Source: Tubiluchus corallicola (Eukaryota; Animalia; Priapulida). Taken from it: a stretch of DNA of 64,000 nucleotides. Where the stretch lies: contig JAQGDQ010002383.1 of NCBI GenBank assembly GCA_030141605.1, positions 186,001 to 250,000 of the forward strand. Reading direction: 5' to 3'. Both the position numbers and the translations under genes were made by a program. Shown here in pieces: positions 12,864-27,595 of the stretch. The notes beneath the pieces are model-generated. The model ran no database searches and had not been told where the DNA came from. It saw only the letters and a list, made by a program, of their open reading frames with translations. Numbering within the stretch: the first letter of the stretch is position 1; every line of letters starts with the position of its first letter.

Positions 12864-14734
12864 ACAGAGACATATAGAGATCTCTCTATTTCCGTAGCAA
12901 AACGTTTGTTTCTGCGGCAAAACTGTGTGCTAGCCATCTATCGTAAATGTCGAATGAAAATAAAATATTTTTTATGATTTGTTTCTGTTTTTAAAATTTT
13001 CTTCATTTTTCAAACTTTTATAGTCATTTAAAGACTTTACAAGCAAGATTCGATACATTCGAAACGCAGCGTTCAATTTTGTAAAGGTTAATTGGGCCCT
13101 GTAAAGCTATTTGACTTGCAGTGTGTCCACCTCCAGGGAAATTCCTCAGATTGAGATGACATTGACTGAACTAGTCCTATTCGAAATACAGCTACAGGCT
13201 GGCCTGTGATTAGATATGGACACAGGCTATTGTTTCATAGAAATGGCTTCTATTTCGCTCTAAGACGAGTCAATAATTTGAAATGAAAAGGCGAGTTTTG
13301 CGCCCTAAAGCACAAGTGGGCTTTCAAATTTTATCTCTGCATCCACTCACCGCCCCCTTGTAATTTCAGTAACTCCCTCTTGAGTGAGGCGGGATGTCAT
13401 TTGGATGAGTAATCCTTGACATTCTTACATGAAGTTGCCTCAATTAAATCACCCGTATGTGGAAACTGTACACAAATCCAAGACATATACATACTGCCTA
13501 CTAAAATTAAACGGCTACCTGTATGTAATTAAGTGATCGTCTGCAATTAATTTGTCCACGTTTAATTGCTGACAATCAAGTAATACTCTTACGCTCACGT
13601 GTAAAGGGTTCACCAAATAATAGGCGACCTCGTACCGGAAAAGACCGTAATAGATTAAAGCCGACAAAACCATGAAAAGAATCACTTAATTCTGAATAAA
13701 GAACGTGCACTTGTTTTAATAACCTATATTGTCGCCATTCGTAGCTCTGGTGGCGACTAATCGACGTCGGGTACACAGTCACCGGAATTTCTCAATGAGA
13801 CTGCTGTTATGACTCATTTCCTCAGCAACTTTGTTGAATTTGTTATTTCTGAGGATAAAAAGTAGGATAAAATTTAGAAAATAGATTACAATATTAGAAA
13901 AAACACCGAAACATTTATATTATATCTACTTCTAGTTCTAGTAACTTCTGTGCCTAGTGCGTTCAACGTTTCTTGCCCATACCAGTACTTTCAACAATTT
14001 AATTCAATTCTTCTTTGTTTCTGTAAAAGAAATTGCACACAGAGACCCATAGAGAAATTACTGTGGTAAGACTACAGAAACCCACAAGTTGTTCATATAT
14101 TTAAGACGTCAGCAAAAATTCAGCCACTGTATGCAGTGATATCTCTCTCACTTAATTTTAACGATGGTGAATACAGGTAATTTCATTACAATTTCTATAC
14201 AAACTAAAAACTGTGAAAGTAAAGAAAACCGGGAAACTGTCATTTGCTCGCAGGACACGTGTCTAATGCGAGTAACGAAATGTGAAGCATTGTTAGTGAT
14301 GCTTAGTTAGGCTCATTCAGCTTGACAACAGGAGTTGCGTTGTTTCGTGAGCAAATAAATCCAATTTAGAGGCACTAGAAAGGTCGTTGAAGTCAATCGT
14401 CCATCGTGTTTCATGACCATTGTCAGGCTGCCTACTTTAATGCCGTTTTCATTTCATGTCAATCTTTAATGTCGTAGAAATTTTTACGGCATCTCAAAAA
14501 AAAACTTGAGAACATTTTACTAACATCTTAAGAAACTGAAGAGTTTCTATTAACTCATCGTAAATGATTTTCGTAACTCATCATAAATAAATAAAATTGC
14601 AAGGATGTTTACTGGAGAAAGTGATTCGTTTTTGCACCTTCACGGGTCGTACAAATGTGCAAAAATTAAGTAGCTATTTAACCATAAATATTTGTGATCA
14701 ATTTAATTAAGAAAAAAAAACAAGCGAAAACTAG

Positions 14735-15346
14735 TTAAAGGAAAACAGGATGATTTTTCACATGCCGCCCTATATTTATAAGTATACAGCAAAAAGTATA
14801 CCGCATACATTTTAGCATCTATAATAATGCTAAAGTGTTTGTGATAATAAAATAATAGTTTAAAAACTTAACTGACGGCTGGAGATACCAGCAAGCGATG
14901 ACGTCAGAACTGAACACAGTTTTGTAACAGCCAAACATTCAACGAGCTTGATGCAAGTGTTTGCAAAAAACAGAAATGGAAGTATAATGCTACTGTACAA
15001 CATTGACTGTGGTACACAAAAAACTTGTCGAATTTATGTTTAAAACTTTAAAACTTAAAACCGCCGTGTTGTCATGCTATTTCACCAAAAAAAGGTAATA
15101 CGTCAGAACTGAACAGAGACGTACAGTGCTTGTTTTTTATGCAATGTGTTTTCGAGATGCAGATACTATGTCTATTTAACTACTGTAGCTAATGGCGCAT
15201 GAACACCGAGCGCACGCAAAATTAAACTTTGGTGGTAATAATTCTTTTACGTAAGTCACATAAAAAAACAATTATGTGCACTTTTAATATTTTACACATT
15301 AGATTACTTTTAGCTATAGCTTAAGATTGGGTCCTGTCCCCTTTAA
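14735..15346 (+). mobile_element. Kolobok-like family A, full copy
   Basis: TTAAAGGAAAACAGGATGATTTTTC ... GGGTCCTGTCCCCTTTAA. Confidence 0.82.
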
Positions 15347-15812
15347 GGAAAGAGTTGACAATTCTTTTTTTGTCTCGCTTTAGTGCACTTAGAAACGAAA
15401 CTACTCATTCATGCATTAATTTTAATTTTAACCAAATCTAGGCAGAATATTTTTAAGAATAACATACCGCATTGATAAGATATTATTTGTTCTTGTTGCC
15501 ATCTTTGTCGTGGTCGCGGTTGCGACTGCTGCTGCTATTGTTGTTATGTGTTGTTATTTCAAGTAAGCATTCTAGAGAATTCTCTGCCTTGGGACCAGTA
15601 TGTGATCTCGCACATTATGTTAATTATGTAGAAATATCTGTAATCACGAACACGAAGCTAATTAATTACCATGCTGTATGTACCCAATAGAGCTATATTT
15701 ATTCTGCATCCTATGTCCATGTATTTTTCAAACAAATTACTGCTTCATGAAATCTTATCATGGATAGTCCTTAAAATCCCTGCGTAAGTTTCTAAAAATC
15801 GATCAGAAGATA

Positions 15813-15962
15813 AGACAGGACAGGACAGGACAGGACAGGATTGGACAGGACATGGCGGGACAGGACAGGACAGGACAGGACAGGACAGGACAGGACAGGA
15901 CAGGACAGGGCAGGGCAGGGCAGGGCAGGGCAGGGCAGGGCAATACAAGATAAGATAAGATC
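15813..15962. repeat. (GGACA)n-(GGGCA)n microsatellite
   Basis: Directly visible. Confidence 0.95.
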
Positions 15963-16139
15963 TTTATTTAAATTCGAGCTTATCTTCTGATCGAAGAGAA
16001 CTAAATACATCAAAAACAATGGTGATTATGGTCAGACTGCTCACTCGTGAGAGTACTGTTATTTGGTGTTTCCGTGTGGTTGCACAACAATTTTCTTACT
16101 AAAATTTTGAAACGTATGTATAGTAGCGTCAGCTTATAG

Positions 16140-16582
16140 TAGGGGGTGAGCATTCTCTATCAGAAAGCAAAGAAGGAGTTTACAATTCCCCACGAAATTT
16201 TAAGTACTGTAACCCTAGACCTAACATTGTGTGTGGGGAATTGTAAACTTTAGCCCAAGTGCGAATTCGAATCGAATCAAATTTTTGACTTTCGAAATCG
16301 CTCAAACCGAGTTTCAAAATTTCAAATCCAAATCGAACTCGAAAAAATAGTCTCGCAAAGATCACGCATATTGCTTAATTTTGTACCAAAGCAAAAAAAT
16401 ACTAACAATTTGGGTAAAAATCGTGCACTGAAATAGCAGCTAAATAATGGAGTTTGCATAACGTTTGAAACGGTTTAATCTTAAGGAACTTTTGTAGTAA
16501 AGTGCTGAATTACTCAAATCCAAAATTTTAAGTTCGAATAGAATTTGAATTAAAAAACTCGTTCGAACTGAATTCACCCCAA
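16140..16582. mobile_element. hAT-type MITE with TTCGAA subterminal repeats
   Basis: TAGGGGGTGA ... TCACCCCAA termini and TSD GCTTATAG/GCTTACAG. Confidence 0.7.
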
Positions 16583-17184
16583 GCTTACAGCGGAAAGCAC
16601 AGAGTGCTGATTACTGTACGACTGGAATTCAGGTTCACATTTACATTTCGTTGTAATAACTATCACATCTGCAACATTTATATTCACTGGCGAACTCTAC
16701 ACGATCACCTCTATTCATCATGTTGGTAAACTCTTTACCAATAAGTGGTTTCAGTCAATCGCTCATTAAAACAATTCACATTCAGAATACACACCGTCTC
16801 CATTGATTGAGCCACACGAATGCTTTTTCTAGTCACAAATTTGTAACCAAATTTGCCTTGCGAAGAACTGTGGAATGAAAGATGATTCGTTTTGGAAATT
16901 TTGTCCATAAATGAAATACACGGAAACGGAAGTATGACCGTGTATTTTCACCGTCATTGTTATTCTACGGCGATGGCACACTAGGTGACAGCGTCCGACA
17001 CCGGACATCAAGTTTTGGATTAAACGGAAGTGCCAATCGTCCCCCATTATAGATGACTTGATGGATAAGGCAACCCAGTAAATGACTGACTGACAAACTG
17101 ACTGACTTCTTTAGCTAGGAACTACATGTGTTGCTGAGGGCTGTTCATTCTTTATTTGGTCGACTGCGTAGTTAACAACTGAAT

Positions 17185-17342
17185 GACGGACTGGTTGACT
17201 GGCTGAGTGAGTGAGTGAGTGACTGACTGACTGACTGACTGACTGACTAACTGATTAACTGGCTAGCTAGCTGCTGACTGATTGACTAGCTGACTGACTG
17301 ACTGACCGACTAACCGACCGACCGACCGACCGACAGACTGAC
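17185..17342. repeat. (GAGT/GACT/GACC)n microsatellite
   Basis: Directly visible. Confidence 0.9.
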
Positions 17343-17759
17343 GCGTGAAAAGAAACAAGAATTTATTCTAGCTTATAGAATGTTTATCATCAAGAATGTT
17401 CGATTTCTTCATTGACAGATATCTTCTTATTTTGCTTAGGAATTTTCTGACTCTGCCAGTCTTTTTATTATCTAAAACGAATTACATTACTTTTTGCGCG
17501 ATCCAATTTGCACTGAACTACTTTGCTAAAATATTTACGATATAGAAATATTTTAATCGCAATATAAACTGGAGAGGGAGAATATTTAAACGGTAGAGGA
17601 CAATATCTTGACTGAGACAAACGTAAACGGCACGCGTCAAAACTTGTTACAAATTTGCAAGCATTAGATGACAAAATTGACAAACTGAAATTTATCTGTT
17701 ATATAACCAGTAGCTACAAGGGTGTCCTTGAAAATGGAAAAACAACAAGTTATACATGG

Positions 17760-18074
<315 letters not shown>

Positions 18075-18279
18075 TATATTACTATAATTTCATGCGTTGC
18101 AGGTAGAAATTACATTAAAAACATTTTGAACGATCGCTTTTTATTTGTTTCTTCAAAATCTCGACTTTCATACTAAGTCTTCACAGGTGACAAACAAATT
18201 AGCTCAATGCAAGAGACGTTGTTTTTCTTATATTAGTTTCTAGCAAATGTCTTAGCACAGAAAGTTCTTCGCTGGTACA

Positions 18280-18664
18280 TGCATTTCGCCATTTGCTAGT
18301 TAGATGGACGGAAGCCAATAGCGTCTGCATCTGTGAACACGTTGCAGAAAAAATACAGGCGCCGTATCTCCCGTTTTTAAATTTATAATTTCCCGAGTTT
18401 TTTGTGTATTACACCGAATGTTGCACTGTACTTCAAGTTTCGCTTTTGCAAACATGTGCAACACGCTCATGGAATGTTTGTGCTGTTGAAAATTATGTTC
18501 AATCATGAAATCATCACTAGCTGGGCTTGCCAGTCGTTAATTAACTTTTTAACCTATTATTTAATTGCCAGAAATACTTTTGCGTAATTATAGGTGCTAA
18601 AGCATATATTTACTGCACTTCAAAAAGTGAGGTAGACTGCGAAAAATAATCCTGTTTTCCTTGA
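18280..18664 (-). mobile_element. Kolobok-like family A, partial inverted copy
   Basis: Reverse complement of family blocks (AATAATCCTGTTTTCCTT end; CACTGTACTTCAA; GCGTCTGCATC). Confidence 0.68.
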
Positions 18665-19309
18665 CAGAGCGCATTTATTAATTGATTGCAACTTGCAAGC
18701 TTTACTTAGCCCTGTCCTGAAAGCTTCAAATAAACATTTCTTCTCTCATTCAAGCTGATTTCTGTCAATAGCACTACGAATTACATCCTACTGGATTCAA
18801 TTTAGCAAAGTTTAATGCCATCTGTTTCTACTTCGCACTGTAATTATGCTGTAAACAGGATTTACTATTGGATTTTACAGTGGACTGTAATGCCTCCTCT
18901 AACCATTCCAAACCGAGCATGTTGATTCACGTGCACATGTACCCCTCCTTCACAAATCCTACTATACATAAAAATTCGTTGGATTTGTGTTTTCGTTTGG
19001 TAAGATTAGAAAAGTTAAAGGGAAAAATTTGAAACCGTTTTTAGCAAAATTTCTTCATTGTACTGATAAAAATATTCTAGTGGCTTCTTACTAAAACATA
19101 AGACCTGGAGCAAGAGATTTATTACAAACAGGAAAAAAATAGCCACTCAAATGCCATTTATAGGTAGGTAGGTAGGCAGGCAGGCAGGCAGGTAGGTAGG
19201 TAGCTAGGTGGGAGATAGGCAGGCAGGCAGGCAGGTAGGTAGGCAGGTAGGTAGGTAGGCATATTCTGCGTAAAAAGACTTTTTTACATGAAGTTTTTGC
19301 TTCACCTTT

Positions 19310-19472
19310 TGTTGATCATTTATTGCTGCTTCACCGACCACTTTATTTCTGCTTCCTCGGGCATTTTACTACTCCCTCATGGGCCACTTTTTTACTGCTT
19401 CATGGACCATTTTATTGCTGCCTCATGGACCACTTTATTGCTGCATCAAGGACCACTTTGTTTCTGCGTCAT
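19310..19472. repeat. Degenerate 23-bp minisatellite (~7 units)
   Basis: Unit approximately TCATGGACCACTTTATTGCTGCC. Confidence 0.8.
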
Positions 19473-20300
19473 AGTGTCTTTGCCTAACCACGTGTCGGCT
19501 GAAATTCGTTTGTTCTTGTCCTGACTGACCGCTCAATGTTTACTTTACTCCCACAGTAACTTTTAGTACCCAAATCAAATGTCAAATTCACGAACTGGAA
19601 CAATTATCTCGATGGGCTTCTTAAAAAAACAATTTCTATAACAGCTAGGACAGGGATCAATTGAGAAGTTAATGTGTGCTTAGCGACCGAAATTAAATAA
19701 CGCCGAGCCAGGGCAGGAAATGGAGGAGCGACCGCCAAAACTTTTTCTTTTACGTTTTATCTGCCATGCTACTCGTTGAGTGACAATATATATCTAGCCG
19801 AAGTTCCGAATTTGTGTAAGACACTACCATCTGAAAGTCCAGCGAGGATTGTCCGCACTAAAGAGATGTCCCCAACAATCGACATAATAGGTGAGTTCTG
19901 CAGTTGATCGCTGGATTCATTCATGCTGGATATCACCTAGCAGTAACTGAACTTCATAAAAAGAGGGTTAATTAATACTAACGGAAGTAAACTGAAAAAT
20001 CATACAAAAGCGGCCATATCAATTACCCCATTACTGAAACACATTTCAGCAAAGCGCTACTTTATTGGCATTGTGATCGGTTTCAGTGAAAGTGTTTCGG
20101 CATCAAACACAGTGCAATGCGTTGACCTTGTTTACTCGGACAAATGTAATCAGTAAATGGAGTGTAAATTATTCTGCAGTATGTGGCGTTATATAGTCAA
20201 CCGCCATAAAGTTAATGCACTGCATATAAAGAAGCCAAGCAAACTGTATTGGAATGATACTGATACATAGTAAAAGCATGTTGTTCTAATCGTATGCAAA

Positions 20301-20644
20301 CAGGGCATTACGATTTTCGTGACACCGTTTACTTCGAAACGAAACGCGACTACGAAACGATTTCCGAACGTCTTTTCGTTCCCATCTCTTCAGTGAATCT
20401 AAGGAAACATTCTAAGAGATAAAACGATATAAAATTAATGGCTGCTTATGCAGAATACATTGCCTTACCCATTTTTTCTAGATAATGAATGACAACTGGT
20501 GCTTGACACTTCAGCAATTCAACAATTCATTAATTTTATGTCGGTTGTTCCTTTCAATTTATTCCTGGATTCACTGAAAAAAGGGAACGAAAACGGGATC
20601 TTCTGAAATGCAATAAGCTGTACAAAGAAAGTTATGATGCTCTG
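20301..20644. mobile_element. Degenerate MITE-like element
   Basis: Imperfect TIR CAGGGCATTACGATTTTC / GAAAGTTATGATGCTCTG, plus an internal inverted pair TTTTCGTTCCC..TTCAGTGAATC / GATTCACTGAA..GGGAACGAAAA. Confidence 0.5.
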
Positions 20645-22749
20645 GTTGTATTGGATGAAAATATTGTTCAAATCGGGCAAACAAAGAAACAATTTATGTG
20701 TTACCTACAGTTTGTTGTAGATAACTCTTGTACTATTGTATTTTACATAGCACGAGGCCTCGTGACATGCGTAGCAGATATCTAACTACTTTGTCCATCC
20801 CCGTAGATCAGTGTTTTTTGCCCCATACATCTTTTTCACCATATGTTCTGTTATCATTCCTACTAGGTCTTTCCAAAATGGTCTAATTTCTTAGCGTATT
20901 ACCCCCTGGAAACATTTTAATAATATGTCAGGATGTTGCACCTTTTACACCTTTTTAAGCTTACCTGATTCTGCACGTTGCAGATTTACTTGATTGGTTT
21001 TTATAACAGATTTTTACAAATACAGCAGTAATAGAAAAACTGAAATGAAGTCGTGTAAATTAACGCTTGAAATTCAACAGTACGCTGTCCTGTAGCACAA
21101 TTTGTAAAATTCTAGTTTGCTGATCAATATTCAAAACTCCCACCTGTTGAGAACCACTCCTGCAGATACAGAGTTGTGGATCATGCACATGCGCATGCGC
21201 CTGCAATAAGTCAATGGTACCCTCCTGAATTGTTCAAATAAACCAGAAGTCGGTGGATATAGAGGCCAAAGAGAAGGGCATAACAGCCTCGTTGGCTATT
21301 CCGAATTATAAGTCTTCACGCGTGGTGCTTTCAACTTGCAAACTTCTCCGTTTGGTCCGTTAAATACCCCCCCCCTTTATATCTTAATACATTTCTTGTA
21401 ATAGCGAGGTTATTAGCCCGTAGTAGGCCCAGTTGGGAACTGCAAGACTAATCAACTCTTTGGATAAGAAATTGCCAGTATTTACCCTTCAATAGTAACT
21501 CCTACCATCTACCATTAATCAATTTCTCATTGATTAAAATGTTTCCCACATAAGAAAGTAAGCGCCATGAGACTAATCAAAATGACCTGAACTGAAAGTA
21601 CACTTTCACGTTCACCCGGCACTAGACTATCTAGATACCAGACCACCATTGACCACTGAACAGCCTCCAGGTTCATCAACGTCTACTAAAAGTTGGATAT
21701 TAATGATGAAGCCAAATAGCCTTGCATTTCGATGTAAAAAAGTCAAATGTAAATTTTGCTGCACGTTGTGATATTTCAGGAAAGTTCGCTTAAGCTTTAA
21801 TTAAGGTAATGTTTAAGTAAATCTGAGCATTTCTTCAAACTGCAATTAAGATTGCGCCAACATGACATTCAGTTAACCGCCTTAACTGGTAAAATCCTAA
21901 CTAAAGCAAGAGATTACTATAATTAAGATTTCCAATTGGAAAATGGTTTATAAAAGGAAATAAGACTTAATTTACCGTCAGACAAATTCTATGCAGGAAA
22001 ATCTTCAGTGACTTACTAGACTAGAAGAAAATGTGCTTCTGTAAAGTTCTATGGGAGACATTTATGACATCTATTTCAGGGTTGTTAGATCTAAAAATCC
22101 ATTTCTATTAGCTTCCTTTAAAAATGCCAGTCTTTTTGGGTCTAGTGGAACTTTTTCAGATTCCGCAAAATCGAATTGATAAAAATAATGTTTTTATAAT
22201 AATTATTAAGGCAAATCAGTTAATGTTTGTGTGGCGGTTATTGCGTGAAGTGAAAGTAACAGAAATGGATCCTCCCAGTCATAGTCCTAACTACTCTGGA
22301 ATGGATGTTATAATCGTTTCTCGATGTTAATTTTCTGTGAATTTCATTTAGCTTATATGTTTGTGCAAAAAACTTAATGGCCATTTTGTTTTTTCTTTGC
22401 AACCGAAAGGCCTGTGGTTCGAATCCAGACTGCATCCGACTTTTTCACATTTGCTGTCGGATAGATTGGTTTGAAAAATTCAATAATTATTTGTTTATTC
22501 ATCAATAATCTGTTAGCATTAAGCGACCTCGGAATTCTGCTCCTATCGAACCTAAGTAGATATGGACGTAAAGATAAACGTGTGGGCGGAACATAATTTC
22601 GACAGGCAGACAGACAAGCGGGCAGGCAAACAGATAAATAAATAGATAGCCTAACAGACGAAGTAGTTAAAACGAATTAGTTACATGTAATTAAGTAATT
22701 AGTAACGAGGTCTATATGATCATTGCAACCTGCATCTTTATGATTTATA

Positions 22750-23158
22750 TTTAGTAATCGAATGTGGAAACTTTTCCAAGTCTATAATTCTGAATGCTGC
22801 AAGAAGAAATTATTGAAGTCTCGTAATCTAATCTATCTCTACACTTTAACAAGTTTAAAAATTACGACGAAAGAGTTAAGATCGGTTTAGTAATCGAATG
22901 TGGAAATTTTTCCAAGTCTATAATTCTGAATGCTGTAAGAAGAAATTATTGAAGTCTCGTAACCTAATCTATCTCTACACTTTAACAAGTTTAAAAATTA
23001 CGACGAAAGAGTTAAGATCGGTTTAGTAATCGAATGTGGAAACTTTTCCAAGTCTATAATTCTGAATGCTGTAAGAAGAAATTATTGAAGTCTCGTAACC
23101 TAATCTATCTCTACACTTTAACAAGTTTAAAAATTACTACGAAAGAGTTAAGATCGGT
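22750..23158. repeat. Tandem repeat, 3 x 136 bp
   Basis: TTTAGTAATCGAATGTGGAAA recurs at 22750, 22886 and 23022; the units are nearly identical. Confidence 0.95.
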
Positions 23159-23939
23159 ACCAATGCGCAAGCTAATAATTCGTAAGCAAACTGTTAATGC
23201 GTCGACTTCATGAATTCTTAACTTATTTCATGTTTTCCCTATAATCATCGTCATTTACGTCCAGCTTATATACAAATTTAATGTACATTTATTCTCTTGG
23301 GAAATTTGGGTTACTTGCACCTATAATACCCGATAACATTTGGGTTCTTCACAGCTATCATTACAGAGTCTTCGTAAATACTGTATGAAAAATTAACGAA
23401 GATTACGCTGTCTCTATTTCGTGTAATTATTTCGTTAAACACCTCTAAGGCTATAACGCCGCATAAGAATATTAAGTGACATCTTCAGTCATTTCTAAAT
23501 TACCAAAACTTTAGCAGTAAATTAGAATAGAGTCGGAATTTGTTTAAAATTAACATAAATTGCATTTACTTGAATTTAATTACGTTATATTTCATTCCGT
23601 TCGTTACGTTACGTTCCGTGTTGTCATATCACGTACACACGCTACATTATGTAGCATTACCGGTACAGCAAAGCATTTTTTTAGAATTTTGACGGCAAAC
23701 TTGCCTACTGCTGACTGTGCACGTTTGTGTGTAACTGCACAGATCTAAATCTCATCAGAGCTTTGAGCTAACTGCATGTGCAAGAACAACATGATGCAGC
23801 AACATAACATTAAATTCTGTTCTATTCGTCACTTTCGTTGTGTACAATATGATACAATCTCTATTAATAATAACTGTGCGATAATTACTTTTTCGCGTGA
23901 TAAATGAATTTTTTGTTGGACGTGCTGAATCTCTCGTCT

Positions 23940-24330
23940 AAGAATTCCTCTTTATTTTGTTTCGTTGTTTCCATGGTGTGTCCACACTATTCAGGGTACA
24001 GGGCGTAATCTCTTCTGCGAGATATGATCGTCTCCAAAGCGCATCCGTCTTCTAAGCGTTCTGATGGATAACATTTTTTACTTTCTTTTACTCTTTCTCG
24101 TGTAGTTTTGTTTCCATTCCTCTTCTTTTTGTTGAGTCCATAGCCACAATGTACATTTGTTCAAATAACCCATTAGCACTTTTGCATCATTTGACTAAAT
24201 AATTTCTTGTAGTGGCATAGTTCACTTTGTCGTAACATATTCAAGCATATTCTCAGTAGTATCATCTTCATTTTTATACACTGGACTCTCGTCTTCTTTG
24301 AACTGACTGTTCTAATACTTCTTGAGTAGC
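23940..24330 (-). pseudogene. Highly degenerate RTE-like RT C-terminal remnant
   Basis: Minus-strand fragments IRTLRRRMRFGD and VWTHHG loosely resemble the RTE pattern IRxRRLRFAGH..LWxPxHG; many frameshifts. Confidence 0.3.
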
Positions 24331-24769
24331 AACATATTTAATTTAATTTTTATCAACACCCCTTCTAGTGCTATTCCTAGACAGCTTATGATAGCTGATT
24401 ACGTAATTAACAGCAGAGCTGTGGCAATACGATATTAATAACAGTAACTCCATACAATTTTTTATTTTGCCAAGTTTATAAGGTACAAATTTTAAATACC
24501 TTGACTTTGTTTTAACCCCTCCTGTCCTAACCAGATCTTTCACCTATAGTGTCGTATTAGTCATCGCCTCTATATTGTGTAATAGGCTTGTAAATAGCGC
24601 CAATAAAAGCAATATTCCGAAGAACATCAGTCCCTAATTATTGTATTGCGTTACTAATATTACATACGTTATTGTCAACTGCTGTGCAGTTAATTATGCA
24701 GTAAACCATAGTGGCATGGTTATATACAGTCTATAGATACAATATAAGTGCACAGTATATGTTTTTACA

Positions 24770-25077
24770 ACGACCTCTATGGCGATAACCACAAAAGCGG
24801 TAACAGTATCAACAAGAATACTGAAGGTGACAAATATAGCGACAACGGAAACTACAAGGACAAGAGCAACAAAACCAATAACATAAACCGTTGCACAACA
24901 ACAACAACAACAACGACGACAACAACAACAACAACAGCAAAAGCAATAGCGGCAACAGCAACGGCAACAACAGCAGCAGCAGTAGCAACAACGATGACGA
25001 CGACAACAACAACAACATGGTTGCACTAGGAGCACCAAAGACAATGATTGTGATGACAGCAATAGCAACAACAGCTA

Positions 25078-25109
<32 letters not shown>

Positions 25110-25135
25110 ACAACAAAACGGCTGCAGCAGGAGTA
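24770..25135. repeat. (CAA/CAG)n degenerate trinucleotide tract
   Basis: Directly visible. Confidence 0.9.
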
Positions 25136-25872
25136 GAAGAAAAAAGAAAAAGAAAAATTAATACCGCCATGGATTGTTGACGCTTTAAAAATAGGCAGCT
25201 TTACCATCACCAACATGAAGACAGCGAGGATGTTTATAATAGATCCTGGTGTTTATTTGACTCCACCTAATTTGTCTGAAGTTAATGGCTCTAATGCAAT
25301 TGACACCAAGCGTAAATGAGGGGAGTGCACTGAAAGTGTGTGTGCTCGTTTAGAAATGGCTTGCATTGTGGTTTGAATGAAAAACAAAAGCAAGAAATGA
25401 AGCAAATAAAACGCTTTTTGCAAACAAGGAAAATGCGTTACAAGGTTTTCTGAGAAACATGTATTGTGTTTTAAAACATAGTACATAGATAAATAGTTAA
25501 ACCACAGCCCAAGTTTGGAACACTTGCTTAAACATGCATAATGCGCGTTTGGCAAACTTTGTGAACAAATGCAGCTTGTAACTCTAGTGACGCATCTGCT
25601 AAAATTATTACTGAACTAGAAAAAGAGCGAGACCACTTTTAATGATTGCCTAATGCAGTCATCTCATTAGGTGCCAAAGGTTTCGTTTAGTACTGACCGT
25701 CTCTCGGCTTGTGTGATAGCTTGTGTTATACTACAACGAACTCTTCTTCAAATAAACAAAACCTAACTAAGCCCTGGAGTCACCCAATGGTGTCCAGTTT
25801 TAGTGGAAGTATTGGATAACGGCGCCAAAGCCATTTGCTGGAATCTTTGAACTTGTAGTAAACTTAGCCGTA

Positions 25873-26077
25873 ACAAATGATACTGAAGCTTGGCACATAT
25901 ATACTTCGGACTACGTAAAAAATGTTGCATGTTGCCAAAAAACTGTTGTAATTGACGGTACAGATAGCCCTGAGTACAGATAGTACAAATGATACTGAAG
26001 CTTGGCACATTTGTACATCGGACTACGTAAAAAATGTAGCATGTTGCCAAAAAACTGTTGTAATTGACGGTACAGAT
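25873..26077. repeat. Tandem duplication, 112-bp period
   Basis: ACAAATGATACTGAAGCTTGGCACAT recurs at 25873 and 25985. Confidence 0.9.
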
Positions 26078-27309
26078 TGTTCAATACAAAAACAGAATTA
26101 TAACTTTCACTGATTAGTTAAAATGATCAGAGGTTTCATGTGACCAGCCATATCGAAAATATAGTTCCCAACAAAATAAAATTTACTGTGTTGATGTAAA
26201 TAGTCCACAAAGTTGCTCTTCGTGAATTCAAAATACTTTGATAGTAAACCGACGCCTCTGAAGCTCCTTCCCAGGGGATTTCCTTTTATAATGAGGTTCT
26301 GTTTCCATATTAAGACCGCCTCTACCTGCCATTACGGGAAGGACAGTGCGATGAAATATGTTAGGTGGCGCAAAAAACGTGCCGATACTTTGATCACGGA
26401 ATCGCTTGAAAGTTACCACACAGATGGTACAGACGTTTGTGTGATAATATCAGAAATTTTTGGTCATTCATATAATTATAATTTTTCCAAAGATACAAAA
26501 GTCTGAAAACAGGAAGTCAAAAAAGTAAATACCGGAAAAAATTGTGTTACTGTTGTTAAACTTACCGACAATGCTCTACGTGTCCACCATTTAGCTGCAA
26601 ACTAAACGAAGGCGTTCCTTCCGACAGCTGACACAATTTCTACCTTCTTTAATTAAGGGGTACTTGATCCCACCTGCTCAACAATTTTTGCTCTTAGTTT
26701 CTCTGAATCAAACGGCTCTGTATGACCGTCGCATACGCTGGAAATTCAAGATACTTTAGTTTAGTTCAGGATTAAGTTTAATTTTTTTATTTGACAGCAA
26801 ATCCTTATCAATATTTTACTATAGCCCAGGATGTAAAATGAGCTAACATTGTTCTGGCATTTAAATATTTGACGTACAAAAGATTTTCGGCCATGGCTTA
26901 AAACTATACACTTGCAACTCTCACAACCAAAAGTCAATGCATTGTAGTACCAAGCTGTTAAACTTCATCTTTGTAGAGAACCTGCTTCTACTGTACTGTA
27001 GTTTAAATTTTGGTATTTTTCTGCGCCAGCAGATGAAAAAGACATTTGAAATTGTTCACTTGGCTGAAATTAAGGTTTTGGAAATTGAAGAGCTACTGTT
27101 GAAGAGAAGGATCAAGCCAAAGAACTGGATAAGGATGTTGCTGAATATGACAATTAAAAGAATCAAATTTATCTATTGCTGCCTTCATTGATAACAACTG
27201 GGTTACCATCTGAGAATTTGCTGTTTGCAACAAACTGTAAACATTAATTACAAAGGGAAATGACAGGTCGGCAACTAGAAGTTTTTTACACATGGAGTTC
27301 ATACATGGT

Positions 27310-27595
<286 letters not shown>

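Noticed and set aside
22370-22445. tRNA-like sequence (GGTTCGAATCC)
   Set aside because: Only a B box is clear, so it is at most a decayed SINE head.
22750-23158. CRISPR-like or tandem RNA-gene array
   Set aside because: These are simple near-identical 136-bp tandem units with no spacer and no recognisable RNA motif.
26213-26506. 97-aa ORF as a coding exon
   Set aside because: There is no recognisable motif and no phase-consistent neighbouring exon.
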